Assembly: GCA_900553395.1 (NCBI GenBank)
Contig: USDJ01000004.1
Location: 23,038-87,037, forward strand
Length of the DNA: 64,000 bases
Origin: an uncultured Mycoplasmatota bacterium
Lineage (GTDB): Bacteria > Bacillota_I > Bacilli_A > RF39 > UBA660
Reading direction: 5' to 3'
The notes under the pieces were generated by a model. It worked only from the letters and a program-made list of their open reading frames with translations, was not told where the DNA came from and searched no databases. The position numbers and the translations under genes are program-made. Shown one piece after another: positions 25,987-35,501 of the stretch. Position 1 is the first letter of the stretch. The number at the start of each line of letters is the position of its first letter.

Positions 25987-26127
25987 AGAACACCTCCAAA
26001 ATTGTTTTTTATTATAATTAATGTAGAACGAAATGTCAATCAAATTTAAATTTTTTTCACTCATTTTTTATATTTCTAGAATAAGTTAATTTGCTACTCA
26101 TATATTTAACTAGAAACGAGGTTTGTT

Positions 26128-27603
26128 ATGGAAAAAATTGAGATTATAAAGAGTATAACAGAGCGTACAGGTGGAGATTTATATTTAGGTGTTGTTGGTG
26201 CAGTTCGTACAGGAAAATCAACCTTTATTAAGAAATTTATTGAGAATTTAGTTGTTCCAAATATCGAAGATGAATATGAGAAAAAAAGATGTTTAGACGA
26301 AATACCTCAATCAGCACAAGGAAAAATGATTATGACTACTGAACCAAAATTTGTACCTAGTAATGCAGCATCAATAAACATAGATAATTTTTCTTGTAAT
26401 GTTAGATTAGTAGATTGCGTTGGATATGTCATTGAAGGCGCTAAAGGATATGAAGATGAAAATGGTCCTAGAATGGTTAAAACTCCTTGGTATGATGACG
26501 AGATTCCATTTGTAGAAGCAGCAGAAATAGGCACAGAAAAAGTAATAAAAGATCACTCTAGTATTGGAATTTTAGTTACTACAGATGGCTCATTCGGTGA
26601 AATACCGAGATCAAATTATATCGAAGCAGAAAATAGAATCGTTAATGAACTAAAAGACATAGGTAAACCATTTATTGTAATACTTAATTCCGTACATCCA
26701 ACATTACCTGAAACAGAAAGAATGGCTGAAAAATTAAAAGAGGAATATAACGTACCTGTTATCCCACTATCCGTTGAGAATATGAATGAAAAAGAAGTTT
26801 ATAGTGTACTTAGAGAATCACTTTATGAATTCCCTGTAACTGAAGTTAAAATCAATATGCCTGATTGGATTGCTTGCTTAAATCCTACTAATTCCTTAAA
26901 AAGCGAGTACATAGAAAGAATTAGAGAAAGTGTAGTTGAAGTTGACAAATTAAGAGATATTGAACATATAACTACTCATTTTGAAAATTGTGAACATATA
27001 AAGAAGGCCTATATATCTAATGTTGATACATCAACTGGAATAGTTACTATTAATCTTGAAGCTCCTGAATACTTATACGATGAAGTATTAAAAGAAACTA
27101 TGGGCATAGAAGTTAGAAGCAAAGCAGATCTTCTTATGCTATTCCAAGATTATAATGAAGCTAAAACAGAATATGATCAAATTAAATCAGCCCTTAAAAT
27201 GGTAAGAACCACTGGATATGGAGTTGCCTGCCCTACTTTGAATGATATGAAATTAGAAACGCCAGAAATAATAAAACAAGGATCAAGATATGGAATTAAA
27301 CTTAAAGCAGTAGCGCCTTCTATACATATGATTAGGGTCGATGTTGAATCTACTTTCGAGCCTATAATAGGTACAGAACTTCAAAGTAAAGAACTTATTA
27401 ATTATCTTATGAAAGATAATGATAAAGATCCAGGAAGTATCTGGAAAAGTGAAATATTTGGAAGAAGCATCGATAATATAGTAAAAGAAGGCATCCAAGC
27501 AAAACTATCACTAACTCCAGAAAACGCAAGATTTAAATTACAACAAACTTTAACTAAATTAGTTAATAGGGGTTCAGGAAATCTATTTGCTATAGTAATT
27601 TAA
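26128..27603 (+). CDS. spoIVA: Stage IV sporulation protein A
   Basis: IIKSITERTGGDLYLGVVGAVRTGKSTFIKKF (Walker A) and a ~490 aa length are diagnostic. Upstream, CATATATT (26099-26106) resembles a sigma-E -10, which is weak evidence. Confidence 0.95.
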   Translation: MEKIEIIKSITERTGGDLYLGVVGAVRTGKSTFIKKFIENLVVPNIEDEYEKKRCLDEIPQSAQGKMIMTTEPKFVPSNAASINIDNFSCNVRLVDCVGYVIEGAKGYEDENGPRMVKTPWYDDEIPFVEAAEIGTEKVIKDHSSIGILVTTDGSFGEIPRSNYIEAENRIVNELKDIGKPFIVILNSVHPTLPETERMAEKLKEEYNVPVIPLSVENMNEKEVYSVLRESLYEFPVTEVKINMPDWIACLNPTNSLKSEYIERIRESVVEVDKLRDIEHITTHFENCEHIKKAYISNVDTSTGIVTINLEAPEYLYDEVLKETMGIEVRSKADLLMLFQDYNEAKTEYDQIKSALKMVRTTGYGVACPTLNDMKLETPEIIKQGSRYGIKLKAVAPSIHMIRVDVESTFEPIIGTELQSKELINYLMKDNDKDPGSIWKSEIFGRSIDNIVKEGIQAKLSLTPENARFKLQQTLTKLVNRGSGNLFAIVI

Positions 27604-27625
27604 AAACTAGCACTGCTAGTTTTTT
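27602..27625. terminator. Bidirectional terminator between spoIVA and tex
   Basis: Stem AAAACTAGC/GCTAGTTTT with loop ACT, flanked by A5 and T5 runs. Confidence 0.6.
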
Positions 27626-29775
27626 GGCTTTATTAATGATAATGATACTTTATTTTTGCCTAATTTGATTTCATCAACATAACATTCTACTATATCGCCA
27701 ACGCTTAATATTTCATTTGGATGTTTAATGTATTTATCAGTTATTTTAGATATATGAACTAATCCATCTTCGTGTAAACCTATATCTATAAAAGCTCCGA
27801 AATCTACTACATTTCTAACTGTTCCCTCTAAGCGCATTCCCACTTTTAAGTCTTTAAGTTCTAATACATCACTTTTTAAAATCGGTTGTGGCATTGAATC
27901 TCTTGGATCCCTATTTGGAGCTTTTAAAGACTTAACAATATCTTCTAAAGTATAAATGTCTACATTTAATATATCCTTATATTTATTAAGATTTATTTTA
28001 TCTAAAGCACTTATTAGTTTTTCTGTTCCAACATCTTTTAAACTCATACCAATTTCTTTTAATAAATCAAGGGTTATTTTATAGCTTTCAGGATGTATTC
28101 CTGTTGAATCTAAAATATTTTCTCCATCCGTAATTCTTAAAAATCCTATTGACTGAAGATATGTTTTTGGAGTCAACAATTTTTCAATCTCTTTTCTAGA
28201 ATTAATCCTGCCTACTTTATTTCTATAATCAATTATCTTTTCTATATTTTTCTTTGTAAATCCAGATACATATTTTAATAAAGACGCACTTGACGTATTT
28301 ACATTTACACCAACGCTATTTACAGCCTTACTTACAACAAAGTCCAAGTTATCACTTAGTTTTTTCTGTGATACATCGTGTTGATATAATCCAACACCTA
28401 TTCCTTCAGGTGGAATTTTAACAAGTTCGGATAATGGATCTTGTAATCTTCTTCCAATACTCACCGCACTTCTTTTTTCAACTGCTAAATCTGGAAATTC
28501 TTCTATAGCTATTTTAGATGCACTATATATTGATGCACCAGCCTCTGATACTATTACATATTTACAATTTAAATTGTATTTTTTTATCATATTAGCAATA
28601 AATTTTTCTGATTCTCTTGAAGCTGTTCCATTACCTATTGCTATTATATCTACATTATATTTAAGTATCAAATCCTTTACAATTAACTCTGATTGTAAGA
28701 CAAATTTAGAATCATTATTATTTTTTAGGAAAGGCTTAACTACAGTTGAATCTAAGTATTTTCCAGTTTTGTCTATTACAGCTATTTTACATCCATTTAC
28801 ATATCCTGGATCAAATGCTAAAACTACCTTTTCTTTTATTGGAGGAGTCAAAAGTAAAGCTTCTAAATTTTTACCAAAATTATCTATAGCTGCATTTTCT
28901 CCAATATCTGTTAAATCACTTCTGATTTCTCTTTCTATAGATGGTTCTATTAACCTTTTATAAGAATCTAATATAGCATCACAAACTATATCATAAACAA
29001 ATGATTTTTCATTTTTTATAATCTTTTTCTTTAAAAATTCTATTGTTCTTTCTCTGTCATTTTCAATTGATACATTAAGTATTCCTTCATTTTCTCCTCT
29101 ATTTAGCGCTAAAATTCTATGAGGCTTTATAGATTTTATTCTTTCTTCATAGTCATAATACATATCATAAACTTTGTTATCATCTTTAGCATTCTTCTTT
29201 AATTTACTTTTAATAGTTCCAAAATTATATGTATTATTTCTAATACTCTTTCTAAATGAAGCATTATCACTTATTTCTTCTGCTATTATATATTTAGCCC
29301 CCGTTATAGCATCATCAATAGTTAAAACATTTTCATTTAGATACTTTTTAGCAATATTTTCTATACTTCCAGATACTGGAAAAGCCATAATCTCATGTGC
29401 TAAACCCTCTAATCCATTTTTTATAGCTTCTGTTGCTTTAGTTTTTTTCTTCTCTTTAAATGGTCTATATAAATCTTCAACTTCTACTAATTTAGTAGCA
29501 TTCATAATTTCTGATTTTAATTCATCAGTAAGAAGACCTTTTTCATCTATTAATCTTATTACATCTTCTTTTCTCTTTAAAAGATTAACTTGATATGAAT
29601 AAACCTCCTCTATAGCTCTAATTTCTTCTTCAGTTAAAGCACCAGTTTTGTCCTTTCTATAACGTGCTATAAAAGGAATAGTATTTCCTTCTTCTAGTAA
29701 CTTTAAAGTAACTTCAACTTGACTTTCTTTTATATTTAAATCATTACTTATTTCAAGTATAACATCCTTATTCAT
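27616..29775 (-). CDS. tex: Tex-like transcription accessory protein (S1 RNA-binding domain)
   Basis: N-terminus IPFIARYRKD, a YqgF/RuvC-like core, HhH repeats and a C-terminal S1 domain (GTVRNVVDFGAFIDIG...GLVHIS). Confidence 0.9.
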   Translation of the reverse strand: MNKDVILEISNDLNIKESQVEVTLKLLEEGNTIPFIARYRKDKTGALTEEEIRAIEEVYSYQVNLLKRKEDVIRLIDEKGLLTDELKSEIMNATKLVEVEDLYRPFKEKKKTKATEAIKNGLEGLAHEIMAFPVSGSIENIAKKYLNENVLTIDDAITGAKYIIAEEISDNASFRKSIRNNTYNFGTIKSKLKKNAKDDNKVYDMYYDYEERIKSIKPHRILALNRGENEGILNVSIENDRERTIEFLKKKIIKNEKSFVYDIVCDAILDSYKRLIEPSIEREIRSDLTDIGENAAIDNFGKNLEALLLTPPIKEKVVLAFDPGYVNGCKIAVIDKTGKYLDSTVVKPFLKNNNDSKFVLQSELIVKDLILKYNVDIIAIGNGTASRESEKFIANMIKKYNLNCKYVIVSEAGASIYSASKIAIEEFPDLAVEKRSAVSIGRRLQDPLSELVKIPPEGIGVGLYQHDVSQKKLSDNLDFVVSKAVNSVGVNVNTSSASLLKYVSGFTKKNIEKIIDYRNKVGRINSRKEIEKLLTPKTYLQSIGFLRITDGENILDSTGIHPESYKITLDLLKEIGMSLKDVGTEKLISALDKINLNKYKDILNVDIYTLEDIVKSLKAPNRDPRDSMPQPILKSDVLELKDLKVGMRLEGTVRNVVDFGAFIDIGLHEDGLVHISKITDKYIKHPNEILSVGDIVECYVDEIKLGKNKVSLSLIKPKN

Positions 29776-29832
29776 AAATCCTCCTATAATAATAAGTATA
29801 CAAAAAAAATTGATTATAAGTCAATCAATTTT

Positions 29833-31851
29833 TTATCTTTCTTCTAGAGTTTCTATTCCTGTTTCATATGCTTTTATTAAATCATAAGTTATAATTCCAT
29901 TTGATACATTTATTAATTCATCTGCATATTTATTATACTTACTTATATAATCACCATCTATTGAAGTATCCAGACTTAATTGTCTAAAATTATCTTTAGC
30001 GCTGTTATAGTAAAGTTTATTAGTTATCCAGTTTCCACTAGGGAAGACCACAACATTATCTTTAATACTAAATATATCGTGTCCTAAAGCATATTTAGGC
30101 TTTACTCCTAACATATTTGACAAAGTTGGCATAACATCTATCATACCCATAACTTCACTTACATTAGTACTATATTTTGTATTTACTATATCTTTAGACC
30201 AAATTATAAATGGAACCGATCTATTTATTTCATAAGTAAAATCATCTATACCATCAACTGTATCGTTAGGATCTATTAGAACATCTTTATAGTATTCACT
30301 ATCATATAACTTTTTAAACTCTGACTGTTTCAATTTACAATCGTGATCTCCATATAATACAATTATTGTATTATCTAACAAGCCAGAAGAATCTAATTCA
30401 TTAATTAGTTCTCCTATTGCTTCATCAGCATAGTGAACTGATTTTAAATAATTCCCCATCTTAGTTCCTTCTAGCCAATCATCTGTTACCACTTCTTGCT
30501 CTAGAGTTTCCTTGTTTTCTACAGTAGTAGTATGATTAACTTTATAATCAGTAAAATCATTTATATCACTAAAAGGAGTATGATTCGTTAACATAACTAG
30601 TGTACCATACCAATTAGAATGAGTACTATTAATACCTTTTATAATTTCTACTGATTGTCTAAAGAATGACTTATCTGATAGACCAAGTCCTATCTTTTCA
30701 TCTATCTCATAATCCTTAGTATAATAATAAAAATCATCATATCCTAAATATTTATAAGTTACACTTCTATTCCAAGCACTACCATTATTAGCATGCATAC
30801 TAAAAGTGTAATAATTTTTCTCTTTAAGTAATTTAAGTATTGTTTCATAATCTCTATTAAAATAGTTCATAAAAACCGTACCACTACTTGATGGTAAAAG
30901 AGAGGTTAAAGAAGTAAATTCACTATCACTACTATTACCTACACTTTCTTGTGCATAGAAATTTGAAAAATTAATTCCTTCCTTAGCTAGCTTATTTAAA
31001 TTTGGTGTAAGTTCTTTACCATTAAATTTTAAATTCATAGTGAATGCTTGTAAACTCTCTCCATGGATTACAATTACATTTTTGCCTTTAAAAAGATTAG
31101 TATACTTATTACTTGTTTCACTTACTTCTTTAGACTCATAATATTCCCTGAAAGTTTTATAAGCATCATCATATCCAAACATTTCATTTACTGTAGTTTT
31201 TATAGAACTAACTAAGTCGTTAGCTTGATATATATATATACCAAACTCCATAACAATAGAAGATCTATTCCATTGCTTGTTTAGTCTACTTATATCTGTA
31301 GATGTTAACATTGAAATAAAAAATCCAAGTGTAATTAAAGCGCCTACTAATGTATTTAAAAACCTAACCTTACCATTTTCTACTTCTTTTACTTTTTCAT
31401 AATAGCCTTTTCTTTTTAATTGAATATGAACAAAAGTTAAAACAAATATTTGAATCAAAAATATAAAGTCTTTAATCTCTAGTATATTTTCAAATACTGC
31501 ATCCGTATATCCTCCAAGTTCACTCGCTGTTTTAAGTAAAGATATTGAAGCAAAAGAAATATAATTACTATAATACACTGTATTTATTATACAAATAAGT
31601 GTAAGTAATATGCTAAATCCTAAAAAATATTTGTACTGGTGCTTAGGCTTTATAAAATAGCCAAAAGCAGTTATAACAAATAATACTACTAAATCTGCTA
31701 AAACTGGTTTTAAGGCAAATATATTTCCTACCGTAAAAAATCTTACTAAAAATGAATTTATTAATGATGTAATTATAAAAGTAGACATAAGTAAATTTGT
31801 CTTTATGTATTCAACTATTTTATTTATAGTCTTTCTTAAAATATCTATCAT
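29833..31851 (-). CDS. LTA synthase (LtaS)-family sulfatase-fold membrane protein
   Basis: Five N-terminal TM segments followed by an extracellular sulfatase domain (VIVIHGESL, NHTPF, GDHD). I moved the start to the ATG at 31851, 9 nt after GGAGG. Confidence 0.8.
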   Translation of the reverse strand: MIDILRKTINKIVEYIKTNLLMSTFIITSLINSFLVRFFTVGNIFALKPVLADLVVLFVITAFGYFIKPKHQYKYFLGFSILLTLICIINTVYYSNYISFASISLLKTASELGGYTDAVFENILEIKDFIFLIQIFVLTFVHIQLKRKGYYEKVKEVENGKVRFLNTLVGALITLGFFISMLTSTDISRLNKQWNRSSIVMEFGIYIYQANDLVSSIKTTVNEMFGYDDAYKTFREYYESKEVSETSNKYTNLFKGKNVIVIHGESLQAFTMNLKFNGKELTPNLNKLAKEGINFSNFYAQESVGNSSDSEFTSLTSLLPSSSGTVFMNYFNRDYETILKLLKEKNYYTFSMHANNGSAWNRSVTYKYLGYDDFYYYTKDYEIDEKIGLGLSDKSFFRQSVEIIKGINSTHSNWYGTLVMLTNHTPFSDINDFTDYKVNHTTTVENKETLEQEVVTDDWLEGTKMGNYLKSVHYADEAIGELINELDSSGLLDNTIIVLYGDHDCKLKQSEFKKLYDSEYYKDVLIDPNDTVDGIDDFTYEINRSVPFIIWSKDIVNTKYSTNVSEVMGMIDVMPTLSNMLGVKPKYALGHDIFSIKDNVVVFPSGNWITNKLYYNSAKDNFRQLSLDTSIDGDYISKYNKYADELINVSNGIITYDLIKAYETGIETLEER

Positions 31852-31893
31852 TATATACATCCTCCAGCTAATAATTATAACATATCTAAATAA

Positions 31894-32568
31894 TTATATC
31901 AAATTTGATATATATTTATACAATACGTCATTTATTTCTTCTATGGGTTTTGGCTCCAATTTATCATTACATTCAATTGTTTTAAAATCATACAAACCTG
32001 CTATTTCTTTATATGCAGTTTCAGCCATCAACAAGTGATTTTTAGATAATTCATGCTCATCCAAAGCTTCTTTTCTATTACTTTTTAACTTAAGAGATAC
32101 CTCGTATGGCATATGTAAAAACACTTTTATATCTGCCTTTGGAAGTTCTAAAAGACCAAACTCTAATTTATCTAACCACTCATACATTTTTAAGCGCTCA
32201 TCTTTATCTTTAATTTTTCCACCTTGGTGTGCCATATTGGAATACATATATCTATCTAGTATTACATTTACACCATTTGATAATAGTTCTTCAACCTTAT
32301 TTATATTATATTTTCTATCTGCTGCAAAATATAATGAAGATACCTTGGGATCCACATTAGTTGCACCTTCGCTAAACCAACCATTACATATATAACTTTT
32401 TCCTAGGTATGGTCCACCAACTATTTTTCCTGTAGGACTATCATAATTCGGAAATGAAAATCTAAAACATTTTATATTTTCCTTTTCAAGTCTTTCAATT
32501 AACATCTTGGTTTGAGTTTCCTTTCCAGAACAATCAGTTCCCTCTATAACTATAAGTTTACCCTTCAT
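31894..32568 (-). CDS. tmk: Thymidylate (dTMP) kinase
   Basis: P-loop IEGTDCSGKETQ and a DRY motif (ILDRYMYSNMAHQG), at 224 aa. Confidence 0.8.
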   Translation of the reverse strand: MKGKLIVIEGTDCSGKETQTKMLIERLEKENIKCFRFSFPNYDSPTGKIVGGPYLGKSYICNGWFSEGATNVDPKVSSLYFAADRKYNINKVEELLSNGVNVILDRYMYSNMAHQGGKIKDKDERLKMYEWLDKLEFGLLELPKADIKVFLHMPYEVSLKLKSNRKEALDEHELSKNHLLMAETAYKEIAGLYDFKTIECNDKLEPKPIEEINDVLYKYISNLI

Positions 32569-32623
32569 ACTATCACCATTTTAATTATATAAAATATTAA
32601 AAAAAAAGACAATAAAATTTTGT

Positions 32624-33853
32624 CTATTTATATAAAGGAAACTCTAACTTAACCTTGGTACCTTGCCCAAATTCTGATTCATATTCTACTCTTCCATCGT
32701 GGGCATCCATAATCTCATATATTAAGGATACTCCAAGTCCTGATCCTCTTTTCTTAGTAGTAAAAAATGGCTCCCTTATCTTTGAAATAGTTTCTTTATT
32801 CATACCGATCCCATTGTCTTCTATAGTTAAAATATATTTATTATTTTTAATTTTAGTATTTATATCTATTATACCGATTTTACCCTCTGGAATAGCTTCT
32901 ATACTATTTTTTACAATATTTATTATAACTTGACTAAGTCTATTATAATCACCATTTATATATATTTCATCATCTACAAAATTCAACTTAACATTAATAT
33001 TATTTTCATTTAATAACGGTTTTAGTTTATCCAAAGTATCTTCAACCAACATATTAATATCCATAATATCTATATCTAAATTACTCTTATTTATGAGCAA
33101 AAAGTCTTGTAAAAGCGCTAAAAGTCTCTCTATTTCCGATTTTATAATGGGAATATATCTTTTAACTTGTTTTAAATCATCTGTATTAATCATATCTAGA
33201 TATCCCTTGCATACTGCTATTGGATTTTTTATTTCATGAGTAATTTTAAATAAAGAAAGTCTAATTTGTTTTTCTTTTTGTAACTCTTTAAATTTTATAT
33301 GACTATCTAGGATTCTTACACCTGTTGAATACATAAGATAAAATATATTCACAATAAATACATAACTTATTATTATTAATATTACATCGTAAAGATCAAA
33401 ATAAACGCTATTATAAACATATATCCAAATAAAGTATATAAGACTACTAAAGAATACAAATAGTTCTAAATATATTATATTGTTTAGCTTTTTAGTACAT
33501 TTTACGACATATAAAATACCAAATAATATGTAAACCAAAATAAATACGTACATAAGATTAAATTCATTTTTGTAAATTAATATTGTTAATATTGAAAAAA
33601 AGTTAGCTAGTATATATTTATCTTTAAGGTAGGCCAGTATTACAATTGAATTAAGTACTAATATTGGTAATATTTTAGGAGTATTAATACCATACTTAAA
33701 CGTTAAAAAGAAAGATGTAATAAGCGCTAAATTATAATAAATTTCTTTATCTTTTGAATTAATATTTTTATTAGTACATAAATATATTAAAAATACTAAT
33801 ATAGGAAACATTAATAAAACCACATCTAAAAGTACAACCTGAAATAAATTCAT
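32624..33853 (-). CDS. Orphan sensor histidine kinase with a 5-6 TM sensor region
   Basis: H-box ITHEIKNPIAV, N-box IINIVKNSIEA, G1 EDNGIGM and G2 GSGLGVS. No response regulator gene is adjacent. Confidence 0.8.
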   Translation of the reverse strand: MNLFQVVLLDVVLLMFPILVFLIYLCTNKNINSKDKEIYYNLALITSFFLTFKYGINTPKILPILVLNSIVILAYLKDKYILANFFSILTILIYKNEFNLMYVFILVYILFGILYVVKCTKKLNNIIYLELFVFFSSLIYFIWIYVYNSVYFDLYDVILIIISYVFIVNIFYLMYSTGVRILDSHIKFKELQKEKQIRLSLFKITHEIKNPIAVCKGYLDMINTDDLKQVKRYIPIIKSEIERLLALLQDFLLINKSNLDIDIMDINMLVEDTLDKLKPLLNENNINVKLNFVDDEIYINGDYNRLSQVIINIVKNSIEAIPEGKIGIIDINTKIKNNKYILTIEDNGIGMNKETISKIREPFFTTKKRGSGLGVSLIYEIMDAHDGRVEYESEFGQGTKVKLEFPLYK

Positions 33854-33926
33854 TTATATCACCAATTTTATTGTAATAGGCTTTTTTGTCGAAACTTGTC
33901 GAAAAAAGAAAAAAAGTGACGAAATA

Positions 33927-34238
33927 TCACTTTAATTCACTAATATATTTTTTTATTTGTTTTGCACTTGGACCTAATATAATCTTTAGCTGATTATCAA
34001 TCTCAACTATACCTTGCGCTCCCATTTTTTGTATTCCATCTTTATTTGCTTTAGTTACATCTTTTAGTGTTACCATAAATCTAGACTTATTAAATTCATA
34101 ATTCACTATGTTTTCTTTTCCGCCTAATAATATTATTAATTTATTAGCATCTAGCTTAAAATCTTTCTTTTTAGATCTAGCAATTGCTATAGCTATTATT
34201 AAACAAACCACTATTATAATTATGTATTCTATTCTCAA
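33927..34238 (-). CDS. Membrane-anchored PTS EIIB-like domain protein lacking the phospho-Cys
   Basis: The TTG start at 34238 lies 5 nt after AAGGTGA. The track's ATG at 34358 would overlap the divergent rodA-family gene. One TM segment is followed by LLGGKENIVNYEFNKSRFMVTLKD...QLKIILGP, which matches PTS_EIIB with CATRLR replaced by NKSRFM. Confidence 0.5.
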   Translation of the reverse strand: MRIEYIIIIVVCLIIAIAIARSKKKDFKLDANKLIILLGGKENIVNYEFNKSRFMVTLKDVTKANKDGIQKMGAQGIVEIDNQLKIILGPSAKQIKKYISELK

Positions 34239-34342
34239 ATTAATCACCTTTATAATTATACTATAAATTTTAAAAAAAAGAAATATATTGTTATTTTGTT
34301 GTATAAATAACGTAAATAGTGTAAGATAATAATGGTGATGAT

Positions 34343-35470
34343 ATGAAAAGCGTATCAAAGTATAAAGTAGATATAGCTATACTCATTTGTCTTATTTTAT
34401 TTTCTATCATAAGCGTTGTTACAATAGGTAGTGCTGAAACACTACTAGTGGAAAATAGCCATTTAATATTAAAGCAAACCTTATGGTATACCGCTGGATT
34501 CATTTTGATACTTGTTATAATGTTTATTGGTAATAACTTAATATATAAAAATGGTTGGCGGCTATATATATTATTTACTATACTTCTTCTATTAGTTCTT
34601 TTTTTTGGAACACCGATAAATAATTCAAAATGTTGGTTTAAAATACCCGGAATAGGAAATTTTCAACCAAGTGAGTTTATGAAAATTATTTTAATAATAG
34701 TACTTGGAAATATGATTAATAATTTTAAAGAAAAATATAATAATCCTACCGTTAAAGATGAATTTATTTTTTTATTAAAAGTATTAATTGTAGTTTTAAT
34801 TCCATCCCTATTAACATTCTTAGAACCAGATACAGGAGTTGTACTTATATATTTATTAATAACATTTATTATGTTATTTATATCTGGAATAAGATATAGA
34901 TGGTTTATAATTATCTTTGGACTTTTTGGATTAATAATAGGAACTATTTTGATAACATACTTCTTAAATACAGATTTATTTATTAAAATATTTGGTTCAT
35001 CATTTTTTCTTAGAGTAGATAGACTACTAGATTGGTCAAGTGGTAGCGGATATCAACTTGAAAATGGTATTACTTCTATTGGAAGTGGTGGACTACTTGG
35101 ATATGGAATTAACAAAACGCCAATATATTTTCCTGAGCCACAAACTGATTTCATATTTGCTGTGTTTGCTAATAACTTTGGATTTTTTGGATCCTTAATG
35201 CTAATTCTTTTAATAACTTTTTTTGACCTAAGACTTATAAAACTTGCTGTTGAAAGTCCTAGCAATAAAAATAAGTATATAATGAGTGGTATAATTGGAA
35301 TGCTAATCTATCAGCAACTGCAAAATATAGGAATGACGCTAGGAATTATGCCGATAACTGGAATTACACTTCCGTTCATAAGCTATGGTGGGTCTAGTTT
35401 ACTCAGCTATATGATCATCATGGGAATAATATTAAACATATCTAATGAAAATATAAGATATAGAAACTAA
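34343..35470 (+). CDS. FtsW/RodA/SpoVE-family (SEDS) peptidoglycan polymerase
   Basis: About ten TM segments plus QPSEFMKI, FAVFANNFGFFG and GITLPFISYGGSS. Confidence 0.85.
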   Translation: MKSVSKYKVDIAILICLILFSIISVVTIGSAETLLVENSHLILKQTLWYTAGFILILVIMFIGNNLIYKNGWRLYILFTILLLLVLFFGTPINNSKCWFKIPGIGNFQPSEFMKIILIIVLGNMINNFKEKYNNPTVKDEFIFLLKVLIVVLIPSLLTFLEPDTGVVLIYLLITFIMLFISGIRYRWFIIIFGLFGLIIGTILITYFLNTDLFIKIFGSSFFLRVDRLLDWSSGSGYQLENGITSIGSGGLLGYGINKTPIYFPEPQTDFIFAVFANNFGFFGSLMLILLITFFDLRLIKLAVESPSNKNKYIMSGIIGMLIYQQLQNIGMTLGIMPITGITLPFISYGGSSLLSYMIIMGIILNISNENIRYRN

Positions 35471-35471
35471 A

Positions 35472-35497
35472 AAAACTACACGTAATTGTGTAGTTTT
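35472..35497. terminator. Bidirectional terminator between the SEDS gene and ileS
   Basis: Stem AAAACTACAC/GTGTAGTTTT with loop GTAATT. Confidence 0.6.
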
Positions 35498-35501
35498 AAT
35501 A

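Noticed and set aside
25499-26017. A 172-aa plus-strand ORF.
   Set aside because: It lies entirely antisense to the well-supported lon gene. Long stop-free antisense frames are expected in AT-rich DNA, and it has no SD.
25987-26064. A 26-aa N-terminal extension of Lon (MSEKNLNLIDISFYINYNKKQFWRCS).
   Set aside because: The GGAGGTG SD sits directly before the internal ATG at 25986, and the Lon N-domain consensus begins there.
26065-26127. A sigma-E promoter for spoIVA (ATA...CATATATT).
   Set aside because: The match is plausible but too weak and too AT-rich to call as a feature. I mention it only as supporting context.
28574-29593. Plus-strand ORFs of 129 and 139 aa.
   Set aside because: They lie antisense within tex. 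Their composition is hydrophobic and low-complexity, typical of shadow ORFs.
34239-34503. A long N-terminal extension of the EIIB-like ORF, and a 70-aa minus-strand ORF at 34291-34503.
   Set aside because: Both would overlap the start and promoter of the divergent SEDS gene and lack an SD. The TTG at 34238 behind AAGGTGA gives a sensible TM-plus-domain protein.
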